From the NCBI GenBank assembly GCA_963788655.1, contig CAWBHS010000087.1, positions 32,001 to 96,000 of the forward strand: 64,000 nt of DNA. The letters run 5' to 3'. The notes beneath the pieces are model-generated. The model did no database searches. It worked only from the letters and a program-made list of their open reading frames with translations, and had not been told where the DNA came from. Below, in pieces: positions 1 to 10,426 of this stretch. Position numbers and translations under genes: made by a program. Each line of letters begins with the position of its first letter. Position 1 is the first letter of the stretch. The DNA comes from an uncultured Verrucomicrobiae bacterium. Its GTDB lineage: Bacteria; Verrucomicrobiota; Verrucomicrobiia; Limisphaerales; JAFGQR01.

Positions 1-39
1 TAATGAACCGAAAATAACATTGAACCCCAGGAACCCAAT

Positions 40-2373
40 ATGAACGTGCAATGGTGGCGCATTTTGCTGTTGAAAGGAATTGCCGGTGTGTTGTTGGTGA
101 GCCCGCTGGCCCTGCCGCTTCCGGCGGCGGAATCCGCACCCACCAAGGAGACCGCTCCGCAAATCGATCCCAAAGTCGAACAACTTGTTCAACAAGTCGG
201 CAAGCTGCTGCAGCAAGCCGACCGCCTCAGTGTGAACCTAACTATGGCCTTTCATACTGAAATGCCGGGGATGAAACAGGAAATCGCCATGGAATACTCC
301 CTCGCCTGGGACCGGCCCAATAAACTGGCTCTCAGCCTGAAAAGCGGCCTGATCGGGGGCACTATCGTTTCCGATGGCACGAAGTTATACACCTACAGTC
401 CCATAAGAAAGCGTTACACGGAAACCGCCGCGCCCAAAGACTTGAGTGAAATGTTCAGCCGCGATGCGGGAATTGTGGACATGGCCATTGGCCCACCGGG
501 CTTTCCGTTTCTCAAGGCATTGGTGGCCCACGATCCTGCGGAAGCCATGCTCGCCCGAGTGCATTCAGCGAAATACGTTGGCGAAGCGCTGCTGGGGAAG
601 GTGCAATGTCACCACGCTAAATTTTCGCAGCGAGAAATGGATTGGGAGTTGTGGGTGGAGACGGGCCCGCAGCCGTTCGTGCGGCAAGTCAATTTCGATA
701 TGAGCAAGGCGAGGAACAGCGCCACGTCGGAGACCGAAGCCCTGGGGCAGAAGGCGGAGATGCTCAAGACCACGAAGACGACCATGACGCTGACGTTCAG
801 CAACTGGGAAATCAATCCGAGCTTTTCCGCCGACCGTTTCATTTTTACGCCACCGGAAGGCGCCAAGAAAAGCGATTCGTTGATTGGGGGACTTGACGAA
901 ACGGAATCCACGCGCGCCCTGGTGGGGCAGCCCGCCCCGACGTTTGAAGTCGAGCTCCTGGACGGCGGTCACTTCGATCTCGCCGCCCACCGGGGCAAGC
1001 ACGTTGTTATCCTCGATTTTTGGGCCACCCGGCGTAGTCTCTCCGTCAGGACTTTGCTCACGCTGGCCGAAATGGCCGCGGCTTACCGCGATCGGGGTGT
1101 GGTGTTTTGCCCCATCAACCAACAGGAAGACGCCAACACCATCCGGAATTTCCTGAAGAAGAAGGACCTCAAATTAAACGTCGCGTTGGACTCGAAAGGC
1201 AAAGTGAGTGAACTCTACGAAGTCAAACGGATTCCCCAAACCGTGATTATCGACACCAATGGAGTGGTGCAGGCCGTTCACGTGGGGCTGCTGCGCAATT
1301 CGAAAACGAGACTTCAGGAAGAACTCGATGCCGTTTTGGCTGGTAAGAATCTGGCCGCAGCGGACGCTACGGCGACCTACAGTTTTGAGCTGAAGAACCT
1401 CACGGCGGCTTGGACGATTGTAGGCCGCTGGGTGGGCGTGGCCTGTGATCCGGGGCAGGCCACAGGTTACGCAGTTGCTATCGGCGGCACCGCCATTGAG
1501 TTCAACCCGGACGGCCACACTCAACGGGAGTTTTACCTTACTGGACCCGCCTGGGTGTTTCAAGGGGAGTTCCGCCTTACCGGATCCGCCTGGGTGTTGC
1601 GGACCGCCAACCTGGCCGGTGATGCCGCGCGTGAACTGGTTTCCTTTCAATGCTGGGGACACGCCGTTTTTGCCAGCGATCGGAAGGGCAATACCCTCTG
1701 GAAATATGCCGAAGACCGGGGCGTGGGTGACGTGTGCGCCGCGGATCTGGATGGGGATGGCCTCGATGAGGTCATCATTGGCTACAACGGACATGGCGGA
1801 TTGCACGGGCTCGACAACCAAGGGCGTCTGCTATGGAAGAACACCGACATCGGCAACGTGTCGTACGTGAGCGCCGGTGACGTGGACGGCGACGGAGCGA
1901 TTGAAGTGGTCAGCACCTCGGCCAAAGGTCGGGTCCACATATTCAACGTGGATGGCAAGAAGGTGCGGGATCTCAAACCTTCCGGCTACGCCAATCTGGT
2001 TTGTCTGGCGGAGAACGCTCAGGGCGGGCGAAAGAAGCAGATCATTGTCGGTTGTTCAGTTCAAAAAGACAATTTTTTGGCGGGCCTGAGCGCCGAAGGA
2101 AAAGAACAGTGGCGACAGCCTTTAGCTTCCGGCGACAAGTCACACGTCAATTCGGTGCAAGCGGCGCCCAATCGGCCGTGGCTGGCGGTGTTGCTGCGCG
2201 ACGGCCAGGTGCGGGTAATCCAGACGGCCACCGGCGAAGTGCTGGCCCAAATCGACGGCTTGAAAAATAGTCGCGGACAGGTGGCCTGGTTTGCCCGCGC
2301 GTCGCAGGAAGCGCCACTGTTGCTGGTCGCCACCGGACGCGACCTCCGTGCGTTTCAGATCGAAAGCAAATGA
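40..2373 (+). CDS. Secreted DUF2092 (LolA-like) + TlpA/redoxin-like domain lacking CxxC + FG-GAP/beta-propeller protein
   Basis: Signal peptide; DRPNKL..VSDG..WELWV..G.QP motifs; LVGQPAPTF..GKHVVILDFWAT redoxin fold; DLDGDGLDEVIIG and DVDGDGAIEVV repeats. Confidence 0.75.
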   Translation: MNVQWWRILLLKGIAGVLLVSPLALPLPAAESAPTKETAPQIDPKVEQLVQQVGKLLQQADRLSVNLTMAFHTEMPGMKQEIAMEYSLAWDRPNKLALSLKSGLIGGTIVSDGTKLYTYSPIRKRYTETAAPKDLSEMFSRDAGIVDMAIGPPGFPFLKALVAHDPAEAMLARVHSAKYVGEALLGKVQCHHAKFSQREMDWELWVETGPQPFVRQVNFDMSKARNSATSETEALGQKAEMLKTTKTTMTLTFSNWEINPSFSADRFIFTPPEGAKKSDSLIGGLDETESTRALVGQPAPTFEVELLDGGHFDLAAHRGKHVVILDFWATRRSLSVRTLLTLAEMAAAYRDRGVVFCPINQQEDANTIRNFLKKKDLKLNVALDSKGKVSELYEVKRIPQTVIIDTNGVVQAVHVGLLRNSKTRLQEELDAVLAGKNLAAADATATYSFELKNLTAAWTIVGRWVGVACDPGQATGYAVAIGGTAIEFNPDGHTQREFYLTGPAWVFQGEFRLTGSAWVLRTANLAGDAARELVSFQCWGHAVFASDRKGNTLWKYAEDRGVGDVCAADLDGDGLDEVIIGYNGHGGLHGLDNQGRLLWKNTDIGNVSYVSAGDVDGDGAIEVVSTSAKGRVHIFNVDGKKVRDLKPSGYANLVCLAENAQGGRKKQIIVGCSVQKDNFLAGLSAEGKEQWRQPLASGDKSHVNSVQAAPNRPWLAVLLRDGQVRVIQTATGEVLAQIDGLKNSRGQVAWFARASQEAPLLLVATGRDLRAFQIESK

Positions 2374-2422
2374 AGTTAACGCGCTGATTCTAATTGGGGC
2401 GTTGCTCGCATTCTTGAGACGG

Positions 2423-2615
2423 CCGTGACTATTCAGTAGGATGGGCGTCCCGCCTGTCCCGAACGACTGCAAACCATCGACTTGTACCGCAGCGCCGCAA
2501 GTCTCTCCAGGTTACTAAAAACTGAGGATACCTTGGGGCTATTCGAGACAGGCGAGACGCCTGTCCTACCACGCCGAATCGCTTCAGCGCGGCTCCAGCT
2601 ATTGAATAGTCACGG
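2423..2615. mobile_element. 193-bp MITE/REPIN-like element, copy 1
   Basis: Perfect 13-bp terminal inverted repeats CCGTGACTATTCA...TGAATAGTCACGG; internal inverted GTAG-type REP pair; homologous to 7498-7690 and 51350-51542. Confidence 0.8.
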
Positions 2616-2627
2616 TTTAGATACGGC

Positions 2628-4347
2628 TTATGGCACGCGCAATTTCAACTCCCGGCCGTAGAGCGTGAGGAGGGGATGCTTTACGACGGCGCGGATTTCG
2701 TACGTTCTTCCCGATTGGAGCCCATCGAGCGTGACCTCAAATCGGCCGGTGGTATCGCGTGAAGTAAGTGGTGTGTTTACCCAGGATTCCGTGCGTTCGT
2801 TGACATCAAGGCCGGTGATGTCGCGATACTCGAAGCCGGTTTCCAGCGACGTGGCGTCGCCCAGGCTTTGCAGGGCGCCTTCGCAACGTGCGGTGCGGGC
2901 GGACTTGTCCCAGCTCACCCGGACCGTATCGACACGCGGCGGCACGAGGGCTGGATTGACGTGCGTGAGTTTGAGCACGACGGGATTGGGCCACTTCCGG
3001 TCGTTGTAAATTCGCTGGGCGCGCATGGCCCGGACGTGCAGGCCGTCCGTTTCCTGCGTCCAAGTGGTCAACGGTTTCACGTCGGCCGAGGTACTCCAGC
3101 ACCTGGTCATTCTGGCCCATTACCCTGACTTGGGTTTGGTCGGTGGCGCGGACGGAGTGCAGAACGATCTCCTTCCATTCGCCGTGTTTCCAGCGTGCTT
3201 CTGGACGCAGTTTCACAATGGCGTAGAGCGTGTCTTGGTTCTTCTTTCGCGTGAACCAGATGTCTTTCTCATTGGTGATGATCCACGGCCGCACGCCATA
3301 GATGCATTCGCCATTGACGAACATCCACAGCGCGATTTCACGCAGCCGTTGCTCCTGTTCAATCGGCAATTCGCCGTCTGGTTTGGGGCCAACGTTGAGT
3401 AAGAGGTTGCCGCCCTTGGCGCGCGTTTCAATGAGCAGTGAGAGGCAGTCCCAGCCGGTTTTGTAGTCCTCGTTGGTCGGCTTGTATTGCCATTGGGTGC
3501 CCATCGTGAGGCAGGCTTCCCACGCGCCTTCCAACGGAACGCCGGGGACGTATTGTTCCGGCGTCTGGATCGCGCCGCGCGTGACCACGAGGTCCGGCTG
3601 CAACTGCCACGCGAGATCGCGCAATCCCTGCGCCTCCCCATCGAAGAACATCACGTCAATCGGCCCGTATTTCGTGAGCAATTCGCGGACTTGGGCCTGA
3701 TCGTGAGCCATCAAACCGGGGTTGCTGCGCGGTTGCACGGCGGCCGTCCCGCGCTGGATGGTGACGCCGTTCTGGTGCAGCCACCAGAAATCATCGGGCG
3801 AAAAATAGAGTCCCGGTGCGATGCCCTGGGCGCGAAACGCCTGCAACAACTCCGCCGTGATGTCACGCTGGAACGGCGTGTGCGCGATGCTGAAGTCCGT
3901 GGTCGCCGTGTCCCACATACAGAAGCCCGAATGGTGCTTGGCGGTGAACACGACGTAGCGGATCCCGGCGAGCTTGGCCAGTGCCGCCCAGTCCGAGGGA
4001 TGAAATTTGCGCGGGTTGAACGTCTCGGGCAGTTCGGCAACAAAGCGCTTCACGTAATCGTCGGAAGCGCCAACCAGCGAGTGGCTGATGACCGAACCAA
4101 GCTGACTGTCCACGCTCCAATGGATGAACAGGCCAAAGCCCTGGTCCCGGAACCATTCGAGCCGTTCGGCGCGGTTGGTGCGGGTTATGGGCGCATCGTT
4201 CTGGGCGAAGGACGGCAACGCCCCTGCAAAGATGGCGACGGTTATGGCGAAGAACGCGGATACAGATCGTGATTGCATGGCCGCTAGCGAACACAAGGAG
4301 CGCCGGAATGCCAAGTGATTTGAATGCGCATTCCACTTCGCGTTCAA
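2628..4347 (-). CDS. Alpha-L-fucosidase (GH29); frameshift near 3085, probable assembly error; start may be 4278
   Basis: WFRDQGFGLFIHW, TAKHHSGFCMW, MFFDG, GGNLLLNVGPKPDG; C-terminus continues in ORF 2628..3110. Confidence 0.85.
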
Positions 4348-4361
4348 GATGAGACTGCAAA

Positions 4362-4431
4362 CGGAGCGGGGACATTCCTGTCCGCTGTTGCGGCCCCATC
4401 CCCACCCAGCGGACAGGAATGTCCGCGCTCC
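4362..4431. repeat. Inverted REP doublet
   Basis: GGAGCGGGGACATTCCTGTCCGCT ... AGCGGACAGGAATGTCCGCGCTCC between two GH genes. Confidence 0.65.
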
Positions 4432-4488
4432 AGTTCAAATCCGCATTGGTCTCAACTTGAAAGCACAATGGAATCACCGGCGGAACCG

Positions 4489-7281
4489 CTATTGGTCCTT
4501 GATCCAAACCAACGACCGTCCGCCGCGATTGAGCCGGGCGTAATTGGGAATGGCGAGCAGCGGCTTGCCGTCGGTGAACTGGCCTTGAATGACCATGATC
4601 CCGCCCAGCAGTTCCGGCTTCCAGGCCGTGGACAAGGGTGCTTCCGGGCTGAGGATCGAATCCACATTTTGGTCCACGCTTTCCAGGTTGTAGATGAGCG
4701 GGCCATAGCGTAGCGCCACGCGGCCGGCATCGGCCGCCACTTTCGGACTGGCTTTGACGCGTTGGACGGTCAGGGGCATTTCCCACGTGACCGTGTCACC
4801 GGCTTGCCACTCGCGGGTGAGGACCGCGTAGCCATGCTCAATGACCGGCTGGACGGAATGGCCGTTGACCGCCAGCGAGTTTAACCCTTCGACCTTCGGC
4901 GTGCTGGTGTAGAGGTCGCTTACCTGGCGGTTCGGGACGCGCAGGTGCAAGGCGAACCGTTTGCGCACAGCGGGATTGACCGTGAGGGCCACCTTGCCGT
5001 TCCACGGGTAGTCGGTCGTTTGCCCGAGTTGCACCGAGGTGCCGGCGACCGAACGCAACGTGACCGTGCTGCCAACGAACAGGTTCACATAGATCGCCTC
5101 GGGGCCGGTGGTGTAAGTCCAGGTGGGCAGCATGAGCAGCGTGCGGGGAATGTTGCCCACGCAGCAAGGGCACACGTGCCATTTATAGCGTCCCCCGCTG
5201 GAATCGAGCGGATTGGTGTAGGTGTAATTTTGCCCTTCCAGATCCAGGTCGCCGAGGATGGCGTTGTAAAGCGTCTCCTCGAACAGGTCGGCATACCGGG
5301 CATCCTGGTACGCCATCTGGAGTTTGTGCTGGAAGAAAAGCTCCCCGCAGTTGGCGCAAGACTCGCAATAGGAATGGTTCGGTAACGAATAATCTTTGCC
5401 GAAGCCCTCGGAGGTTTCACCGCTGCCCACGCCGCCGGTGACGTAATACTTGCGGTTGACGATGTTGTTCCACAGGGACTGGACGGCGCTGTGGTAGTCC
5501 ACGTCGCCGGTCGCCATCGCAATGTCCGCCATGCCGGAATAGGAATAGACCGCGCGCACCGAGTGGCCGACCGCTTCGTATTGCTCGATGACCGGCAGGT
5601 GACTCTGATCGTATTCACTGCCGTCCTGGCGCGAATCGAGGAGAAACTTGGCCAACGCGACATAGGGGCGGCCTTGTCCCGTGCCGTCCACTTCGTCCAC
5701 AAAACGGGCCAGGCGCACCAGGGCTTGCTCGAGTTCCTGGTGGCCTTCGAACCAGGCTTGCTTGGGCGCGGGCCCGATGTTTCTCACCCAGCAATCGGCC
5801 AGGCGCCTGGCGGCGTCGAGCATCCGCCGGTCCTTGCCGCCGGTCATCAGGTAGTGCGCCATCGCCGCTTCCATGAAGTAACCGGCCTGGTAACCTTCAT
5901 GGTCGGCGCGGTTGGACCAGCGCCGGTGACCCTGGATGGTGTACATCGTGTGGAGATAGCCATCCGGTTCCTGGGCGCCGAGGAATTTCGGAATCCAATC
6001 GTCGATGGTCTTCCGCAGGGCGGCCTGCGCCGCGGCGATTTCCGCGTCCTCCTGCGGATCGACCAGCAGCGCGAGGCACATCGACTCGAAGGTGTTATAG
6101 ACCCAGGTGTTGGCGAACACGGGGCCGGTGTGTTTGGCGCCGGATTGGCCGGCCAACTTTTTCGCGGCTTGGACAAAATTCTCGATGCCACCCTCGGGCG
6201 TGGTCGGCTCTTCAATTTTGCGGACGCAATGGGGAATCCAATTCACGATGACCGCCTTCAAGCGCGCCCGCCAGAAGGGACTGCTGATTTGGTATTCGGT
6301 GGGCCAGACAAAGCGGAGGTGCTGGGCCGGCGGCTTCGGGGTGACGGTGACTTTCACGGGAGCGGCACCCTTTAATTGCCCATCATCGGCGGTGAGCTTG
6401 AGGACATAATCGCCTACGGCGGAAAAGCGGGCCGTCGTCTCCGTAGCGGTGGCATCGGCAAACGTGACTTCGCCGGGGCCGGCGTCCTTGATCCAGCGCA
6501 CCTGCGGCGACGCACTGGGTTTGCCATCGTCCTTCACGCGGCCGCGCAAATAGGTTTGGCCCGACAGGACGACCACGCGATCTACACCGGCTTCAACGGT
6601 GGGGGCGAAATTCGGCGAGTTGCCGGAGTCATAAACGCGCCATTCGAGCAGGCCAGTGGAACTGTCGCCCTGGCCGTCGAATTCGAGTCGGAGCTTGGTG
6701 GTGGTCAGTTCGGGAAAACTGGTCACGTTGAACTGATTTTCCTCGAAACCGAGGCCAGTGGCGTTGGTCACCGCTACAAACGCCTGGCCGTCCCAGGCAT
6801 ACAGCCGGCACGCTTTGGGCAGGCGCACGCCGCGGCGGTCGTCGAACCAATAGACCGCCATCCGACGCGTCGCGATGGGTTGGCTCCAATCGTATTGCAC
6901 CCATTGAGTGCCGCGGCGGGGCCAGTTGCCGTAAGCGCCGCGGCTTTTGTCGTTGGAGTGGCGCGGGGTGAAGCCGTCGTTGAGCGCCGTGATGGTTTCG
7001 TGGCCGGACACATACGACGTCGAAGTCGTGGCGACGAGCGCCAGGTTGGCGTCGGTGTGCTCAGGGGAGGCGGCCGCCGCGGCGAGCAGATCAGGGGAGC
7101 CAGTCAGGAGCCAACTGGCGGACAGGATGACGAACCACGCCGGCCTCGGCACCAGCGAGGCCAAAGGCAAAGGAAAACTTGAAAGTTTGGATTTCAACGG
7201 GACGACTGGTCTTAACGAGTATGCGCGCATAAATTGGATCGATTGGTTGACGAGGTTAGGAGCGGGAAGGTCATTGGTCAA
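4489..7281 (-). CDS. GH127 (DUF1680, beta-L-arabinofuranosidase-like) with N-terminal CBM-like and PKD domains
   Basis: AVGHSVRAVY, YVTGGVGS, YCESCANCG, CPCCVGN, TDYPWNG motifs; APTVEAGVD PKD-like segment. Confidence 0.85.
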   Translation of the reverse strand: MTNDLPAPNLVNQSIQFMRAYSLRPVVPLKSKLSSFPLPLASLVPRPAWFVILSASWLLTGSPDLLAAAAASPEHTDANLALVATTSTSYVSGHETITALNDGFTPRHSNDKSRGAYGNWPRRGTQWVQYDWSQPIATRRMAVYWFDDRRGVRLPKACRLYAWDGQAFVAVTNATGLGFEENQFNVTSFPELTTTKLRLEFDGQGDSSTGLLEWRVYDSGNSPNFAPTVEAGVDRVVVLSGQTYLRGRVKDDGKPSASPQVRWIKDAGPGEVTFADATATETTARFSAVGDYVLKLTADDGQLKGAAPVKVTVTPKPPAQHLRFVWPTEYQISSPFWRARLKAVIVNWIPHCVRKIEEPTTPEGGIENFVQAAKKLAGQSGAKHTGPVFANTWVYNTFESMCLALLVDPQEDAEIAAAQAALRKTIDDWIPKFLGAQEPDGYLHTMYTIQGHRRWSNRADHEGYQAGYFMEAAMAHYLMTGGKDRRMLDAARRLADCWVRNIGPAPKQAWFEGHQELEQALVRLARFVDEVDGTGQGRPYVALAKFLLDSRQDGSEYDQSHLPVIEQYEAVGHSVRAVYSYSGMADIAMATGDVDYHSAVQSLWNNIVNRKYYVTGGVGSGETSEGFGKDYSLPNHSYCESCANCGELFFQHKLQMAYQDARYADLFEETLYNAILGDLDLEGQNYTYTNPLDSSGGRYKWHVCPCCVGNIPRTLLMLPTWTYTTGPEAIYVNLFVGSTVTLRSVAGTSVQLGQTTDYPWNGKVALTVNPAVRKRFALHLRVPNRQVSDLYTSTPKVEGLNSLAVNGHSVQPVIEHGYAVLTREWQAGDTVTWEMPLTVQRVKASPKVAADAGRVALRYGPLIYNLESVDQNVDSILSPEAPLSTAWKPELLGGIMVIQGQFTDGKPLLAIPNYARLNRGGRSLVWIKDQ

Positions 7282-7497
7282 TTTCGGTCCTGAATTTCAT
7301 TGCGACGTTCGACGCGCTCTAAACCGGTTGGATCGGTGGGGAGCAGATTCCTGGTTCAGGCGATGGGCTCCAGACGGATTGGCGGCGTTTCCATCAGCCA
7401 ATGCGCTTCTTTGTTCCATCGCCGCACAATCTCACGCTGGAAGACTGGCAAGGCTCTTTCGATTTCGCTGATCGACTCTTTGTCCGAGGTTCCTGAG

Positions 7498-7690
7498 CCG
7501 TGACTATTCAGTAGGACAGGCGTCCCGCCTGTCCCGAACGACTGCAAACCTTCGACTTGTACAGTAGCGCCGCAAGTCTCTCCAGGTCACTAAAAAGTGA
7601 GGATGCCTTGGGGCTATTCGAGACAGGCGAGACGCCTGTCCTACCGCGCCGAATCGCATCATCGCTGCTCCAGCTACTGAATGGATACGG
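7498..7690. mobile_element. 193-bp MITE/REPIN-like element, copy 2
   Basis: Closely similar to 2423-2615 and the same length; flanks CTGAG / CTTAG. Confidence 0.8.
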
Positions 7691-7786
7691 CTTAGCGAAC
7701 TGCTGCCGCCCAGCAGCGGGCCTCCAAACGATTGCCGAAATTCATTTGCCAATGAAGAAACAACGGAACTAGGATGTCCAAGCATC

Positions 7787-9130
7787 ATGAAAACATCACA
7801 ACCATCTGTTACTACTCGACGGGAATTTCTCAAAACTTCCAGCGCGGTCGCGCTGGGCGGCGCGTTGGCCAGTCCGTTCGTGCTGACCGGCCGGTCCTAC
7901 GGGGCCTCACCGGGGGACACCCTTAAAATCGGCCTCATTGGTTGCGGCGGACGCGGCACCGGCGCCGCCGCGCAAGCGTTGCAAACCGGGGAGAGCGTGG
8001 TCCTCACGGCCATGGGCGACGTGTTTGAAAGCCAACTCCAAAGCAGCCTCAAAAACCTGAGCGCAAAACCCAAGCCCAAGGAAGGTGAGGCGCCGCAACC
8101 GCATTACAGCGATCGGGTCAACGTCGATCCGGACCATTGTTTCGTTGGGCTTGACGCGTATCAAAAGGTCATCGACAGCGGCGTGGATGTGGTGTTGCTC
8201 GCGACGCCGCCGGGCTTCCGTCCTCAGCACCTCAAAGCCGCCATTGACGCGGGCAAAAATGTGTTTTGCGAAAAACCCATGGCCACGGACGCGCCCGGCC
8301 TGCGGTCGGTCCTGGAAAGCGCCGCCAAAGCCAAGGAAAAGAAACTGGCGCTGGTGGCCGGGTTTTGCTGGCGTTACGAATTGGGGCGCGAGGAATTTTA
8401 CCAACGGGTTCACGACGGCGCGATTGGCGACATCCGCGCCATTTACGCCACCTACCTCACCGGGCCGGTCAAACCCATGCCGCCCGCCGACACCCGGCCC
8501 GCGGGCATGAGCGATGTCGAGTGGCAGCTTCACAACTGGTACAATTTCACCTGGCTTTCCGGGGATGGTTTGTGCGAACAGGCCTGCCACAGCATCGATA
8601 AAATTGCCTGGGCCATGAACGGGGTGTTGCCGCTCAAAGCCGTGGCGAGTGGTGGCCGGCAGATTCCCAATAACGAAGGCAACATCTACGATCACATCGA
8701 TGTCTTCTACGAGTTCCCCAATGGCGTGCGCGCATTCATGGCCCAGCGTCAGATCAGCAAGTGCTACAGTGACAACTCGGATTACTTGATGGGTGCCGAC
8801 GGCTTGGGCACGATCAAGGGTTGGTCGGCCCCCGTCATCACCGGCAAGGAAACCTGGAAGTATCGCGGCCCGACAAAGAACATGTACCAGCACGAACATG
8901 ACATGTTGTTCGCCTCGATTCGCAAAGGCGAGCCAATCAACGACGGCATCTGGATGGCGCACAGCAGCCTCATGGCCATCATGGGCCGGATGGCCGCCTA
9001 CACCGGCCAGGAAGTCACTTGGGAGCAAGCCATGAACTCCCAGGAAAAACTGGTGCCGGACAATTTGACGTGGGACATGAAACTCCCCATTCGCCCGATG
9101 TCCATGCCAGGCCAGACGAAGTTCATTTAA
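7787..9130 (+). CDS. Tat-exported Gfo/Idh/MocA oxidoreductase
   Basis: TRREFLK Tat motif; GLIGCGGRG; ATPPGFRP; FCEKP. Confidence 0.9.
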   Translation: MKTSQPSVTTRREFLKTSSAVALGGALASPFVLTGRSYGASPGDTLKIGLIGCGGRGTGAAAQALQTGESVVLTAMGDVFESQLQSSLKNLSAKPKPKEGEAPQPHYSDRVNVDPDHCFVGLDAYQKVIDSGVDVVLLATPPGFRPQHLKAAIDAGKNVFCEKPMATDAPGLRSVLESAAKAKEKKLALVAGFCWRYELGREEFYQRVHDGAIGDIRAIYATYLTGPVKPMPPADTRPAGMSDVEWQLHNWYNFTWLSGDGLCEQACHSIDKIAWAMNGVLPLKAVASGGRQIPNNEGNIYDHIDVFYEFPNGVRAFMAQRQISKCYSDNSDYLMGADGLGTIKGWSAPVITGKETWKYRGPTKNMYQHEHDMLFASIRKGEPINDGIWMAHSSLMAIMGRMAAYTGQEVTWEQAMNSQEKLVPDNLTWDMKLPIRPMSMPGQTKFI

Positions 9131-9148
9131 GTTGCGTTTGCGTTTCCT

Positions 9149-9179
9149 AACGGGCCGGCCTTGCGCCGGCCCGTTTTTT
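9149..9179 (+). terminator. Intrinsic terminator
   Basis: AACGGGCCGGC-CTTGC-GCCGGCCCGTT followed by a T-tract, just after the stop at 9130. Confidence 0.85.
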
Positions 9180-9223
9180 GTAGGACCGGCGTCCCGCCGG
9201 TTTCCCTTCGACGTTCGCGCGGA

Positions 9224-10426
9224 TGAGGGCATCCGCGCCCCCGCAGTGGCGAGGGGGAGCGGAAGGTTGAAGGATGAAGGATGATTGTTTCAATCCGCGC
9301 CCATCGCAGTGGCGAGGGGCGACCAGCGGGGGAAAAGAAAATATGTTTAAAATGAAAAAGTTTCAATCCGCGCCCCCCGCAGTGGCGAGGGGCGACCGTG
9401 ACACGTGCTACGCTTCACAGTGTCTCCATGCGCGTTTCAATCCGCGCCCCCCGCAGTGGCGAGGGGCGACCGACGTTGACGCATTGGCACCGCGTACGCA
9501 ACGGCGTTTCAATCCGCGCCCCCCGCAGTGGCGAGGGGCGACGCATCGGTGGCGATCTAGCGCGATTCGATGGGCTCGTTTCAATCCGCGCCCCCCGCAG
9601 TGGCGAGGGGCGACTCACGGATTTGCTGAGCACAATTGCTGCAGTGCGTGTTTCAATCCGCGCCCCCCGCAGTGGCGAGGGGCGACTTGATCGCGGCGTC
9701 TGACTATACGCTGATCATGGCTAGTTTCAATCCGCGCCCCCCGCAGTGGCGAGGGGCGACCGCTTCGTCTGAGCAGTCGACGATTTGCTCGAGTGGTTTC
9801 AATCCGCGCCCCCCGCAGTGGCGAGGGGCGACCGGCAGCACGCTACGCAAGCGCAGTCACATCGCAGATTGCTGTTTCAATCCGCGCCCCCCGCAGTGGC
9901 GAGGGGCGACGCCAGTCAGAAGTCGTCGCTGACGCTTACGATTGCTGTTTCAATCCGCGCCCCCCGCAGTGGCGAGGGGCGACCGTGATCGAGCATGCAG
10001 ACATTGAGCCGACACAGTGCTGCGTTTCAATCCGCGCCCCCCGCAGTGGCGAGGGGCGACCGCAACGTGTCGGACTGGCAGACGTCAGCGTAATCGTGTT
10101 TCAATCCGCGCCCCCCGCAGTGGCGAGGGGCGACCGTTTCGCGACGTCCAGTACCGCTGAGCCGCCACGTGTTTCAATCCGCGCCCCCCGCAGTGGCGAG
10201 GGGCGACGCATTGCAGATGCTGTGATGCAGTCGGATCAGTGACGGTTTCAATCCGCGCCCCCCGCAGTGGCGAGGGGCGACTGCAATGCGTAGGTCGATT
10301 GCCGACAGTGCAGTAGTGTTTCAATCCGCGCCCCCCGCAGTGGCGAGGGGCGACCCGTGCTGCCAGCGTGCCTCAGCGTCAAAGACTGTGTTTCAATCCG
10401 CGCCCCCCGCAGTGGCGAGGGGCGAC
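9224..10426 (-). CRISPR. Type I-C CRISPR array: 16 repeats of 37 bp (9287-10426), 15 spacers of 35-41 bp, plus a degenerate terminal repeat at ~9224-9260
   Basis: Repeat GTTTCAATCCGCGCCCCCCGCAGTGGCGAGGGGCGAC on + (minus strand ends ATTGAAAC); variant and degenerate repeats at the end distal to cas2. Confidence 0.98.

Noticed and set aside
9324..10389. Self-targeting spacers
   Set aside because: No match noticed within the window by eye, and the spacers are probably unreliable
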